The notes below the pieces were generated by a model. The model did no database searches. It was not told the DNA's origin and saw nothing but the letters and a program-made list of their open reading frames with translations. DNA of 64,000 bases from positions 608,001 to 672,000 of the forward strand of contig CAWAIF010000003.1 of NCBI GenBank assembly GCA_963782055.1, read 5' to 3'. Position 1 is the stretch's first letter, and each line of letters starts with the position of its first letter. The translations under genes were made by a program, and so were the position numbers. Below are positions 1-10,228 of the stretch, in pieces. This DNA is from an uncultured delta proteobacterium (GTDB taxonomy: Bacteria > Myxococcota_A > Polyangia > Polyangiales > Polyangiaceae).

Positions 1-986
1 GGGAGGTCGCCGCCGTTGGGGGGCGTGAGGTCGCTCACGTCGGCCACCAGACGCACCTCGATCTCCTTGGTGGTGGAGTCGAAGCGGGGCAAGACCGTGA
101 CGTTGGTGCCGAAGGTGATCTTCTGCACGCCGGACGTGGACTGGAAGGCGAACTGCTTGAAGTTCACCTCGCCGCCGGAGTTGAAGACCGCCTCCTGCCC
201 GTTGGAGGTGATGATCGACGACTGCTTCATCACCTTGGCCCAGCCGTAGCGAGCCGCGATGTCCAGCTGCGGCAGCACCTGGTTGGTGATGAGGGCCTGC
301 GCGGTGGTGAAGGCCGGGCCCTGCAGGAAGTCGTAGGTGATGTTGGTCGTCCCGATCTGCGCTCCGCCGATGGTGCCGGGGTAGTTGATGCCGAACTGGT
401 AGTTGGAGTTCTTGTCGTACTGGACGAAGAAGAAGTCGATCCGGATGAGGACGCGGCGATCGCCCGCGCCGGAGCCGACCTGCACCAGGTTCTCGACCTG
501 ACCCGGGTAGAGCGCGGCGATGAGGCCGATGCGCTTGAGCTCCTGGTCGGTGGTGACGCCGCCCTCCAGGAAGAAGCGCCCGCCCACGCGGCGGATGCGC
601 ACGCCGGTGGTGCCTTCCAGGAGCTGCTGCAGCTCGCGGTAGACGACCTCGGGGGGGCGGGTGGAGACGTTGATGACCCAGGTGATCTGGGCGCCGTCGT
701 TCTTGATCAGGAGCAGGGTGGTGCTTCCGGCCTTCTTGCCGACGATGACGAAGGCCGAACCGTCGGGCGCGACGCGGGCATCGACGATGCTCGGGTCCGC
801 CACCGAGTAGTTTTTCACTTCCTTGGCGGAGATGGTCTTCGTCTCGCCGATGGAGAGGCCCAGCTCCTCGACGTGCTCCGAGCCGCCGGAGGCGCCGTGC
901 TGCGCGAGCGCCGTTGCTGGCGTGAGGGCGAAGGCTCCCAGGACGACTGCAATTGCTGCTCGCTTCCAGGCCTTCGCCATCTTCAT
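1..986 (-). CDS. cpaC: Flp/Tad pilus secretin CpaC/RcpA-like protein, 3' end outside window
   Basis: Not in the ORF track because no stop lies in the window. Hand translation from ATG 986 gives MKMAKAWKRAAIAVVLGAFALTPATALAQ (signal peptide), ...LSIGETKTISAKEVKNYSVADPSIVDARV..VIVGKKAGSTTLLL (pilus N-terminal domain), then secretin-like ...IITSNGQEAVFNSGGEV..FGTNVTVLPRF. The ATG overlaps the cpaB stop (TGATG). Confidence 0.85.
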   Translation of the reverse strand, partial: MKMAKAWKRAAIAVVLGAFALTPATALAQHGASGGSEHVEELGLSIGETKTISAKEVKNYSVADPSIVDARVAPDGSAFVIVGKKAGSTTLLLIKNDGAQITWVINVSTRPPEVVYRELQQLLEGTTGVRIRRVGGRFFLEGGVTTDQELKRIGLIAALYPGQVENLVQVGSGAGDRRVLIRIDFFFVQYDKNSNYQFGINYPGTIGGAQIGTTNITYDFLQGPAFTTAQALITNQVLPQLDIAARYGWAKVMKQSSIITSNGQEAVFNSGGEVNFKQFAFQSTSGVQKITFGTNVTVLPRFDSTTKEIEVRLVADVSDLTPPNGGDL

Positions 987-1762
987 CAGTGGTTCCCCGT
1001 GATCTGCTGCGGAATGTTGGGTCGGGTGATGATCTGCACCGGCCCGGCCTTGATCAGGTCTGCGGAGCTGTACTTGGGCACCTCGCCGGTGGAGTTGTCG
1101 TCCGGGCTGCGCAGGACGACGGAGACCGAGCCCCTCTCCATCGCCACCGACATCGCCTGCGCCTGCTCCAGGCGCATGCTGAGGGTGAGGATGCTCTCGG
1201 TGCCGCGGCGATCCTTGGTGAGGTCGATGGCGTCGGGGGAGGTGTTGTACCCCGACGCCAGCACCAGGACCTTCTGCAACAGCACGACGGCCGAGCGGCT
1301 GTCACCGCCGCCCTGGTCGGGCAGGACCGCGATGACGTCGACGAAGTCGCCGGGGCGGACCATCGCGGAGCTGGCGTCCTCACGGCTGGTGCGGATGGAG
1401 ACGGCGCGGCTGCCCGGCACGATGAGCGACGAGAGGTCCCGGCGCTCCTCGTTGGCGGTGGCGAGGTCCGTCCACATGAGGGTCTGGCCGGCCTGGACCG
1501 AGTTGCCCACCTTGAGGCCCAGGATCTTCGGCTTGTCGACCTCCTTGATGGCCCTGTCCTCCACGTACGCCTGCGGGACGTCGTGGGTCGTCAGCATGTC
1601 GTCGGTGATGGGCTTGTCGCGGTCGATCGGCTTGACCGCCGTGAGCAAGCGAACCTTGTCGCCGCCAGAGGCCTCTCGCTCGAAGCGCTTCGTGTAGAGT
1701 ACAAGTAACATGACGCCCAGCAGGGCAACCACGAAGGCGAGGAGCAGCGCGCGACGATCCAT
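986..1762 (-). CDS. cpaB: Flp pilus assembly protein CpaB (SAF + RcpC domains)
   Basis: N-terminal TM helix, SAF-like segment, 'IVPGSRAVSI...MVRPGDFVDVI...LLQKVLVLA'; directly upstream of the secretin. Confidence 0.9.
   Translation of the reverse strand: MDRRALLLAFVVALLGVMLLVLYTKRFEREASGGDKVRLLTAVKPIDRDKPITDDMLTTHDVPQAYVEDRAIKEVDKPKILGLKVGNSVQAGQTLMWTDLATANEERRDLSSLIVPGSRAVSIRTSREDASSAMVRPGDFVDVIAVLPDQGGGDSRSAVVLLQKVLVLASGYNTSPDAIDLTKDRRGTESILTLSMRLEQAQAMSVAMERGSVSVVLRSPDDNSTGEVPKYSSADLIKAGPVQIITRPNIPQQITGNH
1692..1704. repeat. Intragenic 13-bp palindrome, copy 1 (GTGTA-GAG-TACAA) inside cpaB
   Basis: Matches KTGYA-N3-TRCAM; local codons TTA CTT GTA are non-preferred in this GC-rich context. 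Confidence 0.6.
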
Positions 1763-1864
1763 GCTGACCGAACACGCTACCCGGCTTCGGCGCGTTTGGA
1801 AATGGGCCCATTTCCCGCTGGCTCGAGCGTTTGCTTCTGGCCCGCACGCGTCAGCGAGGAAGGC

Positions 1865-2536
1865 TCAGCGCAGCCGGGTCGGGCCGATCGCCACCGGGCC
1901 GTGGCGGCGCACGTAGATGACCTTCTTGTGCTGCACCTTGAAGGGCTGATCCACCATGTAGTACTCGTCGCGCGGCTGCACCACGACCGAGACCGTCGGG
2001 CTCTCCGGGCGCAGGTTCTTGGCGGACTTGTCCGAGGTATCGAGCAGAAACTCGAGCTGATCGCCGGGCTTGGCCTTCATCATGAAGGTCGCGGCGCCCG
2101 CCGAGTCGGTGCGGGCGATCTCGTTGCCCAGGTACTTGATGGGCAGGTCATAGCCGTGGTCGGAGCGCACGGCGACGACCACCTTGCGCTCGGTGGGGGG
2201 GCAGGCCGCCTCGTACTGGGTGATCTTGCCGTCGGCGAAGCGGTGGAGCTTCACGGTGATGGGGCGGACCGGGGACAGGTAGCCGTCCGGGCACTTCACC
2301 CACACCTCCAGCTGGTCGCCCTCCGAGCCGTGGAAGGTGAGGATCGCCTTGCCCGTCTCGTCCGTCTTGCCCAGCTCCTTCGAGCTGCGCTGGATGGAGG
2401 CGTTGGCGAGCGGGACGTTCTCGTCGGAGTCCACGCGGACGGCCACCTTGAAAGGTGGCGGCGGCGGGTCCTCCAGCTGCTTGCAGGCCATCGTTCCCCC
2501 GAGGAGGGGCAGGAGCACGAGCAAGAGTCTCCGCAT
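1865..2536 (-). CDS. Hypothetical lipoprotein with two beta-sandwich-like repeats
   Basis: Signal peptide ending ...GTMAC; two similar segments (ELGKTDETGKAIL / EIARTDSAGAATF); TAGACT box 6 nt before the ATG. Confidence 0.75.
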   Translation of the reverse strand: MRRLLLVLLPLLGGTMACKQLEDPPPPPFKVAVRVDSDENVPLANASIQRSSKELGKTDETGKAILTFHGSEGDQLEVWVKCPDGYLSPVRPITVKLHRFADGKITQYEAACPPTERKVVVAVRSDHGYDLPIKYLGNEIARTDSAGAATFMMKAKPGDQLEFLLDTSDKSAKNLRPESPTVSVVVQPRDEYYMVDQPFKVQHKKVIYVRRHGPVAIGPTRLR

Positions 2537-2603
2537 GGTGAGAGTCTACGCGTCCCGGCCATGCCGTCAAAGGGGCGACGAGGCGGTGGCGTTGGGGGGA
2601 GGG

Positions 2604-5017
2604 CTAGGCCCGCAGGGTCGCGCCGAAGGTCTTCGAGACCGCCTCCACGACCTGGGCGTGGCGGGCGTCCACCTCGGCGTCGGTGAGGGTGCGGTCTTCC
2701 GCCCGGTAGAGGACCCGCAGCGCGAGGCTGACGCTGCCGGCGGGGATACCCTGCCCGGTGAAGCGGTCGAAGAGGTGGACGTGGGCGGCGAGGTCGCCGG
2801 CGGCCTTCTCCGCCTCGGCCACGACATCCCCGGCGGGGACGTCCTCCCGCACCACCACGGCCAGATCCCGGCTGCTCGAGGGGTAGCGGGGGAGGGGAAC
2901 GTAGCGTGGGACGGGCGCAGCGTGGGCGGCCAGGGCGGCCAGGTCCAGCTCGATGACGAGCACGCGGTCGAGGTCCCAGGCGTCGGCGACGTCCGGGTGG
3001 AGGGGGCCGAGCACGCCGAAGCGGGTGCCCTGCACCTCGATGGCGCCAGCTCCCCGGGGGTGCAGGTGCCCGGGCCGGGCGTCCGGGGCGATCGTTGCCA
3101 TGCTCGCGGTGGCGTAGCCGAGGCGGCGGAGCAGGCCCTCCGCGACACCCTTGGCATCCCAGACGTCCAGGGCCTCCGGGCGGCGGAGGTACGCGGGGCG
3201 CTCCCCGACCAGCAGCGCCGCGAAGCGATGCGTCTCGGTGGGGAGCGTCTCGCCCCCGCGGGGGGGAGGAAGACCGTGCCGACGGTGAACAGCGCGACGC
3301 CGGGCTCGCCGCGGTTCTTGGCCAGGCGCGCGACGTCGAGCAGGCCCGGCAGCACGCTGGTGCGCATCACGCCCTGCTGCGACGACAGTGGGTTGCGCAG
3401 GACGACCGCCGGGGGCGGCGCGCCCACCGCGGCGAGCGCCTCGGGGGAGCTGAAGGCGTAGGGGATCGCCTCCGACAGACCGAGCTCCACCGCCGCGGCG
3501 CGCACGCGTCGCACCAGCTCCTCGCGGCCACCGACGGGCAGCGTCGGGCGGATGGCGGGCAGGACGGTGGGCACCGAGTCCATGCCGCGCACCCGCACCA
3601 CCTCCTCGGCGAGATCGGCCTCGCGCGCGACGTCCGGGCGATGGGTGGGGACGAGGAACGTGGCTGCCTCCTCCGACCCGCTCTTCTTCTGGAAGCCGAG
3701 GCGCTCCAGGAGGGCTGTCGCGTCCGCCATGGGCACGTGCACGCCGAGCAGCGCATCCATCCGCCGCGCGCGAAGGGTCACCGACGGCTGCGGCAGTCGC
3801 CTGGCCTCCGCGAGCAGCGGCTCCGGCGCCGCGGCGCCGCCGCCCAGCCGGCACGTCATGGCCGTCGCCTGGCGCAGGGCGTCGCGCGTGTCGCCGTGGT
3901 CGACGCCGCGCTCGAAGCGGTGGCTGGACTCGGAGTGCAGGCCGTGGCGGCGCGCAGTCCGCCGCACGGTGCGCGGGTCGAAGTACGCGCACTCGAGCAG
4001 GATGTGCTTCGTCGACGGCCCGATCTCGGTGGAGGCGCCGCCCATGACACCCGCGAGGGCGACCGGGCCGCTGGCGTCGGCGATGACCAGATCGTCGGCG
4101 GTGAGGGTGCGCGTCTCGCCGTCGAGGGTGACGAGCTTCTCCCCCTCCGTCGCCAGCCGGACGATGATGGTGCCGCCGGCGATCTTGTCGGCGTCGAAGG
4201 CGTGCATCGGGTGGCCGTACTCGAGCATCACCATGTTGGTGACGTCGACGACGTTGGAGATGGGGCGGACGCCCAGCGCCGCGAGGCGGTAGCGGACCTC
4301 CAGCGGGGAGGGGGCGATGGTGGCGCCCTCCACGATGCCCGCGGCGTAGTGGGGGCAGCGGTCCGGCGTGTCGATCCGGACCTTCACGCGCTGGCCCACG
4401 GGGGCGCCGCCCTCGCGCGCGGAGGACTCCGGCGCGGGCGTCTTCCACGGGATCTCGAGCAGGGCGGCGGCCTCCCGCGCGAGCCCCAGGTGGCCGAGGC
4501 CGTCGGGCCGGTTGGGGGTGAGGCCGATGTCGAAGACGGTGTCCTGCGCGGCGGGGACCGCGTCCACGAAGCGTGCGCCCGGCTCGGCGAAGGCGGGGGG
4601 CAGCACCAGGATGCCGCCTGATTCCTCGGTGAGCCCGAGCTCCGCCTCGCTGCAGAGCATGCCCTCGCTCGCGACGCCCGCGATGGTGCGCCGCTCGATG
4701 GTCATGCCCTTCGCCGGCAGGTGGGTGCCGAGGGGGGCGAGCACCACCACGCCGCCGGCCTCCGGGACGTTGGGCGCGCCGCACACCACTTCCTGGGTGG
4801 CCCCGCCGCGGTCCACCGTCACCAGACGCAGGCCGCTCTTTTGCGGGTGCGGGCGGACGGACACGACCCACGCGCACACGCACGTCTCGATGCCCGCGCC
4901 GTAGGTGTGGATGCCCTCCACCTCCAGGCCCGCCGCGGTGAAGCGCGCGGCGAGCTTCTTCGGGTCGTCAGGGAGCCCGGGGACCAGGCTCTTGAGCCAG
5001 CCGTAGGACGCTTTCAT
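2604..5017 (-). CDS. pheT: Phenylalanyl-tRNA synthetase beta subunit, with an apparent 1-nt frameshift near 3253-3266
   Basis: N-terminal PheT (MKASYGWLK..VVCGAPNV..SEGMLCS..LTPNRPD..RFERGVD..READLAEEVVR) is in frame 2567..5017. The C-terminal B5/FDX-ACB part (LHPRGAG..GPLHP..RYPSSSRDLAVVV..LFDRFTG..RTLTDAEV) is in frame 2604..4883. Confidence 0.95.
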
Positions 5018-5041
5018 CGATCGGACCGTTTCATTCGCATC

Positions 5042-6097
5042 TCAGAACTGCGCGAGGAAGCGGGGGTCGTTCTCGAAGAAGAGGCGGATGTCGGGGATGT
5101 CGTGGCGAAGCATCGCCACGCGCTCGATGCCCATGCCCAGCGCGAAGCCGGTGTACTTCTCCGGGTCGATGCCGCAGTGCTCGAAGACGACGGGGTGGAT
5201 CATCCCGCAGCCGAGGATCTCAATCCATCCTGTGTGCTTGCAGACGTTGCAGCCGCGGCGGGTGCCGTCGGGTTGCTTGCAGAATACACACCCGATGTCC
5301 ACCTCCGCCCCCGGCTCGACGAAGGGGAAGTAGCTCGGACGCAGGCGCACCGGCGTGCCGCGGCCGTAGAAGCGCTCGGCGAAGGCGGCGAGGACGCCCT
5401 TGAGGTGGGCGAGGCTCACCCCCTCGTCCACCATGAAGGCCTCCAGCTGGTGGAACATGGGGGAGTGGGTGATGTCGTCGTCGCACCGGTAGACGGTGCC
5501 CGGCGCGATGAAGGCCATCGGCGGCTTCACCGTGGACATGGCGCGGACCTGGATGTTGCTCGTGTGCGTGCGCAGCACCTGGCCGGAGGTGGTCCAGAAG
5601 CTGTCCTGCATGTCCGTCGCCGGGTGGTCCGGCGGGAAGCCGAGCTTGGTGAAGTTGTTCTCCTCGAGGTCGATCTCCGGGCCGTCGAAGACCGCGAAGC
5701 CCATGGTCCCGAAGATGTGGACGAGCTCCTCCCGCACCGCGGAGAGGGGGTGCTTGTGGCCGAGGGGTGCGCGCTCGCGACCCGGGAGGGTGAGGTCGAA
5801 GGCCGGCGCGTTGAGATCGGCGTCGCGCTTCTTGCGGGCGATGGCCTGCAGGCGGGTCTCGAAGCTCTTCTCCACCTCCGCCTTGAGGCCGTTGACGCGC
5901 TCGCCGATGGCCTTGCGCTGGTCGGCCGGGACGCGGCCCATCAGCTTGAGGATGCCGGTCAGCTCCCCCTTCTTGCCGAGGATCTTGGCGTTCTCGTCGC
6001 GCAGCGCCTGCTCCGTCTCCGCCGCCTCGAACCGCGGGCCGTACGCCTTCGCGAGGGCTTCGAGGGAGGCGAGGATGTCGGCGTGGGCGTCGGCCAT
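5042..6097 (-). CDS. pheS: Phenylalanyl-tRNA synthetase alpha subunit
   Basis: Motifs DHPATDMQDSF, LRTHTSNIQ, THSPMFHQLE, RPSYFPFVEP, WIEILGCGM, GFALGMGIER. Alternative start at 6112. Confidence 0.98.
   Translation of the reverse strand: MADAHADILASLEALAKAYGPRFEAAETEQALRDENAKILGKKGELTGILKLMGRVPADQRKAIGERVNGLKAEVEKSFETRLQAIARKKRDADLNAPAFDLTLPGRERAPLGHKHPLSAVREELVHIFGTMGFAVFDGPEIDLEENNFTKLGFPPDHPATDMQDSFWTTSGQVLRTHTSNIQVRAMSTVKPPMAFIAPGTVYRCDDDITHSPMFHQLEAFMVDEGVSLAHLKGVLAAFAERFYGRGTPVRLRPSYFPFVEPGAEVDIGCVFCKQPDGTRRGCNVCKHTGWIEILGCGMIHPVVFEHCGIDPEKYTGFALGMGIERVAMLRHDIPDIRLFFENDPRFLAQF
5277..5289. repeat. Intragenic 13-bp palindrome, copy 2 (TTGCA-GAA-TACAC) inside pheS
   Basis: Codons TGT GTA TTC TGC AAG CAA on the minus strand, with non-preferred A/T-ending codons. 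Confidence 0.6.
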
Positions 6098-6180
6098 GGG
6101 GGCACTCGACATAGCACGGACGGGCGAGCCGCCTCAGCCCGGACCTGCCGCGCCTCGGTCGCCGCGGAGGAGTGGTGGTG

Positions 6181-6531
6181 CTACTTCGCGCCGGCCGTCT
6201 TGACGACCTTGGCGAACGCGGGGGCGTCGACGATGGCGATGTCGCTCAGGACCTTGCGATCCAGGGCGATGTTCGCCTTCTTCAGCCCGTGCATCAGGCG
6301 GGAGTAGCTGGTGCCGTTCTGCCGGGCGGCCGCGTTGATGCGGGCGATCCAGAGGCGGCGAAAGTCGCGCTTGCGGCGCTTGCGGTGGGCGTAGGAGTAG
6401 ACCCACGCCTTCATCACCACCTCCTTCGCGTAGGCGAAGAGGCGGGAGCGGGCGCTGTGGTAGCCCGAGGCGTGTTCGAGGATACGGTTGCGACGGCGGC
6501 GGGCTTTGAAGCCCCTCTTGGCGCGCGGCAT
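6181..6531 (-). CDS. rplT: 50S ribosomal protein L20
   Basis: [43 protein letters not shown]. Confidence 0.98.
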   Translation of the reverse strand: MPRAKRGFKARRRRNRILEHASGYHSARSRLFAYAKEVVMKAWVYSYAHRKRRKRDFRRLWIARINAAARQNGTSYSRLMHGLKKANIALDRKVLSDIAIVDAPAFAKVVKTAGAK

Positions 6532-6558
6532 GGCTTTCTGGCTCCCTGGACGAAGACG

Positions 6559-6756
6559 TCAGCTGTAGGGGATGAGACGCTTGACCTTCCGCTCGAGCGT
6601 CGAATCCAGCATGTCGTTCTGACGCAGGCGGCGAAGGCGCTTGCGCGACTTCTCCTGCATCATGTGGTTGCCGCCCGCCTTCGGACGACGAACGCGGCCG
6701 GTCCCGGAAACCCGGAAGCGCTTGGCCGCGCTCTTGTTGGTCTTCATCTTCGGCAT
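6559..6756 (-). CDS. rpmI: 50S ribosomal protein L35
   Basis: MPKMKTNKSAAKRFRVSGTG... (65 aa), the C-terminal end of track ORF 6559..8352; lies upstream of rplT. Confidence 0.97.
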   Translation of the reverse strand: MPKMKTNKSAAKRFRVSGTGRVRRPKAGGNHMMQEKSRKRLRRLRQNDMLDSTLERKVKRLIPYS

Positions 6757-6834
6757 GGTGAGCCTCGTTCTCGCTCCGGAAAGGCCGCGGAAACCGCGGT
6801 TTTGGGGGACGCCCTTCCAGACGCGGGGAGCGGG

Positions 6835-6862
6835 TTTATGGTCGATGGGCCCCGGATTGTCA
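6835..6862 (-). promoter_or_regulatory. Putative sigma70-type promoter for rpmI-rplT
   Basis: Minus strand TTGACA (6857-6862), 16-nt spacer, CATAAA (6835-6840). Confidence 0.55.
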
Positions 6863-6911
6863 AGCGCCGGGGGCTCCCGGCGGGCGGGCCGCTCCGGTGC
6901 CGGGCTGCCAT

Positions 6912-6941
6912 TTGACGCGAGCGGGCTGGCCCGGGTACCAC
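6912..6941 (+). promoter_or_regulatory. Putative divergent promoter for the 6949 lipoprotein gene
   Basis: TTGACG (6912-6917), 18-nt spacer, TACCAC (6936-6941), 7 nt before the GTG. Confidence 0.4.
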
Positions 6942-6948
6942 GGGAGAC

Positions 6949-7920
6949 GTGCGACGCTTCGTTCTCGCCCTCGGGCTGTTCGCCGTGGCTGCCGCCTCCG
7001 CCTGCTACCTGCCGGGCGAGAAGCCCAAGTCGGCCGCCGACAAGATCCCCAAGTGCCCGGAGCCCGCCATGTACGGCATGGTGCTGGCCACCATCCACGA
7101 GTACCACCTCGCCGATCAGGGCTTCCCGCTGGCGCGCGTGGGCGACGTGCTCGACGCCTACCGCCCCGATGTGGTCCTGGTCGACATCCCCGACGACATC
7201 CTGAAGGGCGACCACCCCGAGATGGGCCCGGTGGAGCTGGAGTACGTGAAGTACATCGCGGGGACCCGGCAGACCGACGTGGTCTCCATCGCGCCGCCGC
7301 CGCGTGACGAGCCGCCCGTCAACGCCCAGCCGGACAAGCTGGACGTGGACGCCCTGCGCAACGAGGTGGGCACCTCGCTCGACGACCTGACCACCGAGAG
7401 CTTCGAGCAGCTCAACGGCGACGAGGGCACGCTCAAGATCTACAAGGGTCTCAACGCGCGCACCCGCTACGTGAAGGGCAACCCCGACTGGGCCATGCAC
7501 GAGGCGTGGCTGGAGCGAGGAGCCGACAAGGCCATCGCCACCGCCAAGCCGCGCAAGGTCCTGGCGATCGTCGACCCGGAGTACCGCTGGGCCCTGCAGG
7601 CGTACTTCGCCGGCCGCGGGATGGGCATCAAGAACCCGGTGAAGGTCGTGGCGAAGTCCACCGAGCGCCGTGAGGAGAGCAGCGTGCCGGCCATCGTGCT
7701 GCACGCGTGGCAGGAGCAGGCCGACAAGCTTCGCGACCGGGAGAGCCGGCTGCAGCCCGGCGACGATCGCAGCTCCATCGAGGCCCAGCTGCGCGTCATC
7801 GAGGCGGCCGTGGACAAGAACGGCGGCTGCTGCGTCAGCCCCGACGTCCTCCATCCGCCGCAGTCGGACACGCCCCCGCCCGCCGACGCCCAGAAGCACA
7901 AGCACAAGAAGAAGCGGTGA
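6949..7920 (+). CDS. Hypothetical lipoprotein
   Basis: Lipobox AASAC; strong GC3 codon bias; basic C-terminal tail. Confidence 0.8.
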   Translation: MRRFVLALGLFAVAAASACYLPGEKPKSAADKIPKCPEPAMYGMVLATIHEYHLADQGFPLARVGDVLDAYRPDVVLVDIPDDILKGDHPEMGPVELEYVKYIAGTRQTDVVSIAPPPRDEPPVNAQPDKLDVDALRNEVGTSLDDLTTESFEQLNGDEGTLKIYKGLNARTRYVKGNPDWAMHEAWLERGADKAIATAKPRKVLAIVDPEYRWALQAYFAGRGMGIKNPVKVVAKSTERREESSVPAIVLHAWQEQADKLRDRESRLQPGDDRSSIEAQLRVIEAAVDKNGGCCVSPDVLHPPQSDTPPPADAQKHKHKKKR

Positions 7921-7962
7921 CCCGGGGGGGCACCCGGACCTCGACGCCCGTAGGATGGCGCG

Positions 7963-8361
7963 ATGACCTCCACGGGAACGCCCCTCTTCCTCACCCTCGG
8001 CGCCGCGGTGAGCGAGGGCGCCACGCTGCTCATCGCGATAGCCTTCGTCGTGGTGGCGGTGATGGTGCGGCGCACGCGCCCGGACGCCTTCGGCCTGCTG
8101 TTGAGCGCCTCGCTCGTCTTCTTGGGCAACCGGGTGGTGGGGTTCGCGCTCCAGCTGCTCGTCCCAATCTTCACGATCCGCAGCGGCCCATCGAGCCTCG
8201 ATAGCTACGCGCAGGGGATGTTCCTGGTGAGCGTGCTCAGCAGCCTGATCAGCCTGGTGGGCTTCGGCCTCCTCTTCGCCGGTGTCCTGCGCCTCGCTCG
8301 GCCGCCGGGCGACGCGTCGTCGCGCACCGCCTTCGCCGAAGGGCGTTATCAAGGGCTGTGA
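7963..8361 (+). CDS. Hypothetical membrane protein (about 3 TM helices)
   Basis: Three hydrophobic stretches; TAGGAT 6 nt upstream of the ATG. Confidence 0.75.
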   Translation: MTSTGTPLFLTLGAAVSEGATLLIAIAFVVVAVMVRRTRPDAFGLLLSASLVFLGNRVVGFALQLLVPIFTIRSGPSSLDSYAQGMFLVSVLSSLISLVGFGLLFAGVLRLARPPGDASSRTAFAEGRYQGL

Positions 8362-8362
8362 C

Positions 8363-10117
8363 CTACACGCCCGCGAGCTGCTGGAACGCGGCGGCGAGCT
8401 TCTGCATCACCGCGCGCGCGCGCGCCTCCGCCTCCGCGAACGGCTCGCCCGCGCGGACCTCCTCGCGCACGTCGAAGTAGAACTTCACCTTCGGCTCGGT
8501 GCCGCTCGGGCGGGCCAGGATGCGGCTCTGGCCGGCCAGGTCGAAGCCGACCATGTTGGTGCGGGGCAGGGTGAGGGGGGTGGACTTGCCGCCCTCGGTG
8601 CGGGTGCGCGTCTCGTAGTAGTCGCTGACGGCGACGACGGCGTGATCGCCGATGCGCTCCGGGCGCGCCTTGCGCAGGCGGTCCATGATCGCGGCGATCT
8701 CCGCCGCGCCCTCGGCGCCCTTGCGCACCACGCTCGCCTGCATGCTGACGAAGAGGCCGTGCTCGCGGGCGATCGCCTCCAGCGCCTGGTGCACCGTCTT
8801 GCCCTCGGTGGAGAGGGAGGCGGCGAGCTCGGCGAAGAGCACCGCCGCGCTCACGCCGTCCTTGTCGCGGACGACGTCGCCCACCGTGTAGCCGAGCGCC
8901 TCCTCGTAGCCGAAGACGAAGCGCAGTCCCTCCTCCCGCTCCAGGTCCATCGCCCGGTTGGCGATCCACTTGAAGCCGGTGAGCGTCTCCTCGTAGCGGA
9001 CGCCCATCCCGCGGGCGATGACGCCGAGCATCGGCGAGGAGACGATGGAGGCGAGCACGACGCGCTTCCCCGACCGGTCGCCGCGGGTGAGCAGGTAGTG
9101 GCCGAGCAGCACGCCGACCTGGTTGCCGGTGAGCTGCAGCCACCCGCCCTTCGCGGTCGCGTCGGGGATCGCGACCGAGAGCCTGTCGGCGTCGGGATCG
9201 TTGGCGAGCACCAGCTCCGCGTTCTTCTTCCGGGCGAGGGCGAGCACCAGGTCCATCGCGCCCTTCTCCTCCGGGTTGGGGAAGGCGACGGTGGGGAAGG
9301 CGCCGTCGGGCTGGGCCTGCTCCGGCACCGACGTGACGTCGGTGAAGCCGGCCTCGGCGAGGGCGAGGTGGGCGAGCCGGTCGCCCACGCCGTGGAGCGG
9401 CGTGTAGGCGATGCGCAGGTCCCGGCGCTTGCCCTCGCCCACGCGCAGCTTCGCGACCGCGTCGAGGTACGCGCGCTCCACGGTCGGCGGTACGGTGACC
9501 ACGAGCCCCTTCGCGCGCGCCTCCTTCAGCGCGGCGCGCGGGACGTCCTTCGCCGGCGGCGCGGCGTCGATCGCCTTCGCGATGTCGGCGTCGATGGGCG
9601 GGATGATCTGCGCGCTGTTGTGCCAGTAGACCTTGTAGCCGTTGTACTCCGGCGGATTGTGGCTGGCGGTGACCATCACGCCCGCGGCGGCGCCCAGGTG
9701 CTTGACCGCGAAGGCGGTGAGCGGCGTCGGGCAGACCGCGTCGAAGAGGTGCGCGTGGATGCCCATCGCGGCGAGCACGCACGCGGTGTCCTCGGCGAAC
9801 GCGCGGCTCAGGTGGCGGCCGTCGTAGCCGACGACGACGCCGCGCGCGGCCGCGTCCTTCACCGCCGCGGCGAGGTGCGCCCCCAGGCCGTGCGTGGTGC
9901 GCAGCACGACGGCGCGGTTCATCCGGTTGGGGCCGGCGCCGAGGACGCCGCGCAGTCCCGCCGTGCCGAACTCGAGCTTTCCGGCAAAGCGGTCAGCGAG
10001 GTCCGCCTCCGCCGCCGCGTCGCCCTTCGCCAGCAGCGCCTCGAGCTCCTGCCGCGTCTCGGGGCTGGGGTCCTCGGCGATCCATCGCCGTGCGCGCTCG
10101 CGGAGTGCCTGGTCCAT
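8363..10117 (-). CDS. Phospho-sugar mutase (phosphoglucomutase/phosphomannomutase family)
   Basis: FGTAGLRG, TASHNP (catalytic Ser), DPDADR (metal loop), GYEEA, RPSGTEPK. Start taken at MDQALRE (10117). Confidence 0.95.
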   Translation of the reverse strand: MDQALRERARRWIAEDPSPETRQELEALLAKGDAAAEADLADRFAGKLEFGTAGLRGVLGAGPNRMNRAVVLRTTHGLGAHLAAAVKDAAARGVVVGYDGRHLSRAFAEDTACVLAAMGIHAHLFDAVCPTPLTAFAVKHLGAAAGVMVTASHNPPEYNGYKVYWHNSAQIIPPIDADIAKAIDAAPPAKDVPRAALKEARAKGLVVTVPPTVERAYLDAVAKLRVGEGKRRDLRIAYTPLHGVGDRLAHLALAEAGFTDVTSVPEQAQPDGAFPTVAFPNPEEKGAMDLVLALARKKNAELVLANDPDADRLSVAIPDATAKGGWLQLTGNQVGVLLGHYLLTRGDRSGKRVVLASIVSSPMLGVIARGMGVRYEETLTGFKWIANRAMDLEREEGLRFVFGYEEALGYTVGDVVRDKDGVSAAVLFAELAASLSTEGKTVHQALEAIAREHGLFVSMQASVVRKGAEGAAEIAAIMDRLRKARPERIGDHAVVAVSDYYETRTRTEGGKSTPLTLPRTNMVGFDLAGQSRILARPSGTEPKVKFYFDVREEVRAGEPFAEAEARARAVMQKLAAAFQQLAGV

Positions 10118-10228
10118 GACGGGGACATACCACCGGGCGCGCGCCGCGTCCCGGGCCGCCTCTGGCGCGGTATTTACGTTACAAACTGCGTGCGTCGGGG
10201 CGCGGGGGGCTAAGCTCGACCCCGCGAG

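Noticed and set aside
2604..5017. pheT as a true pseudogene or programmed frameshift
   Set aside because: It is an essential gene with both halves intact, the break is at homopolymer runs, and a second similar indel occurs near 19474.
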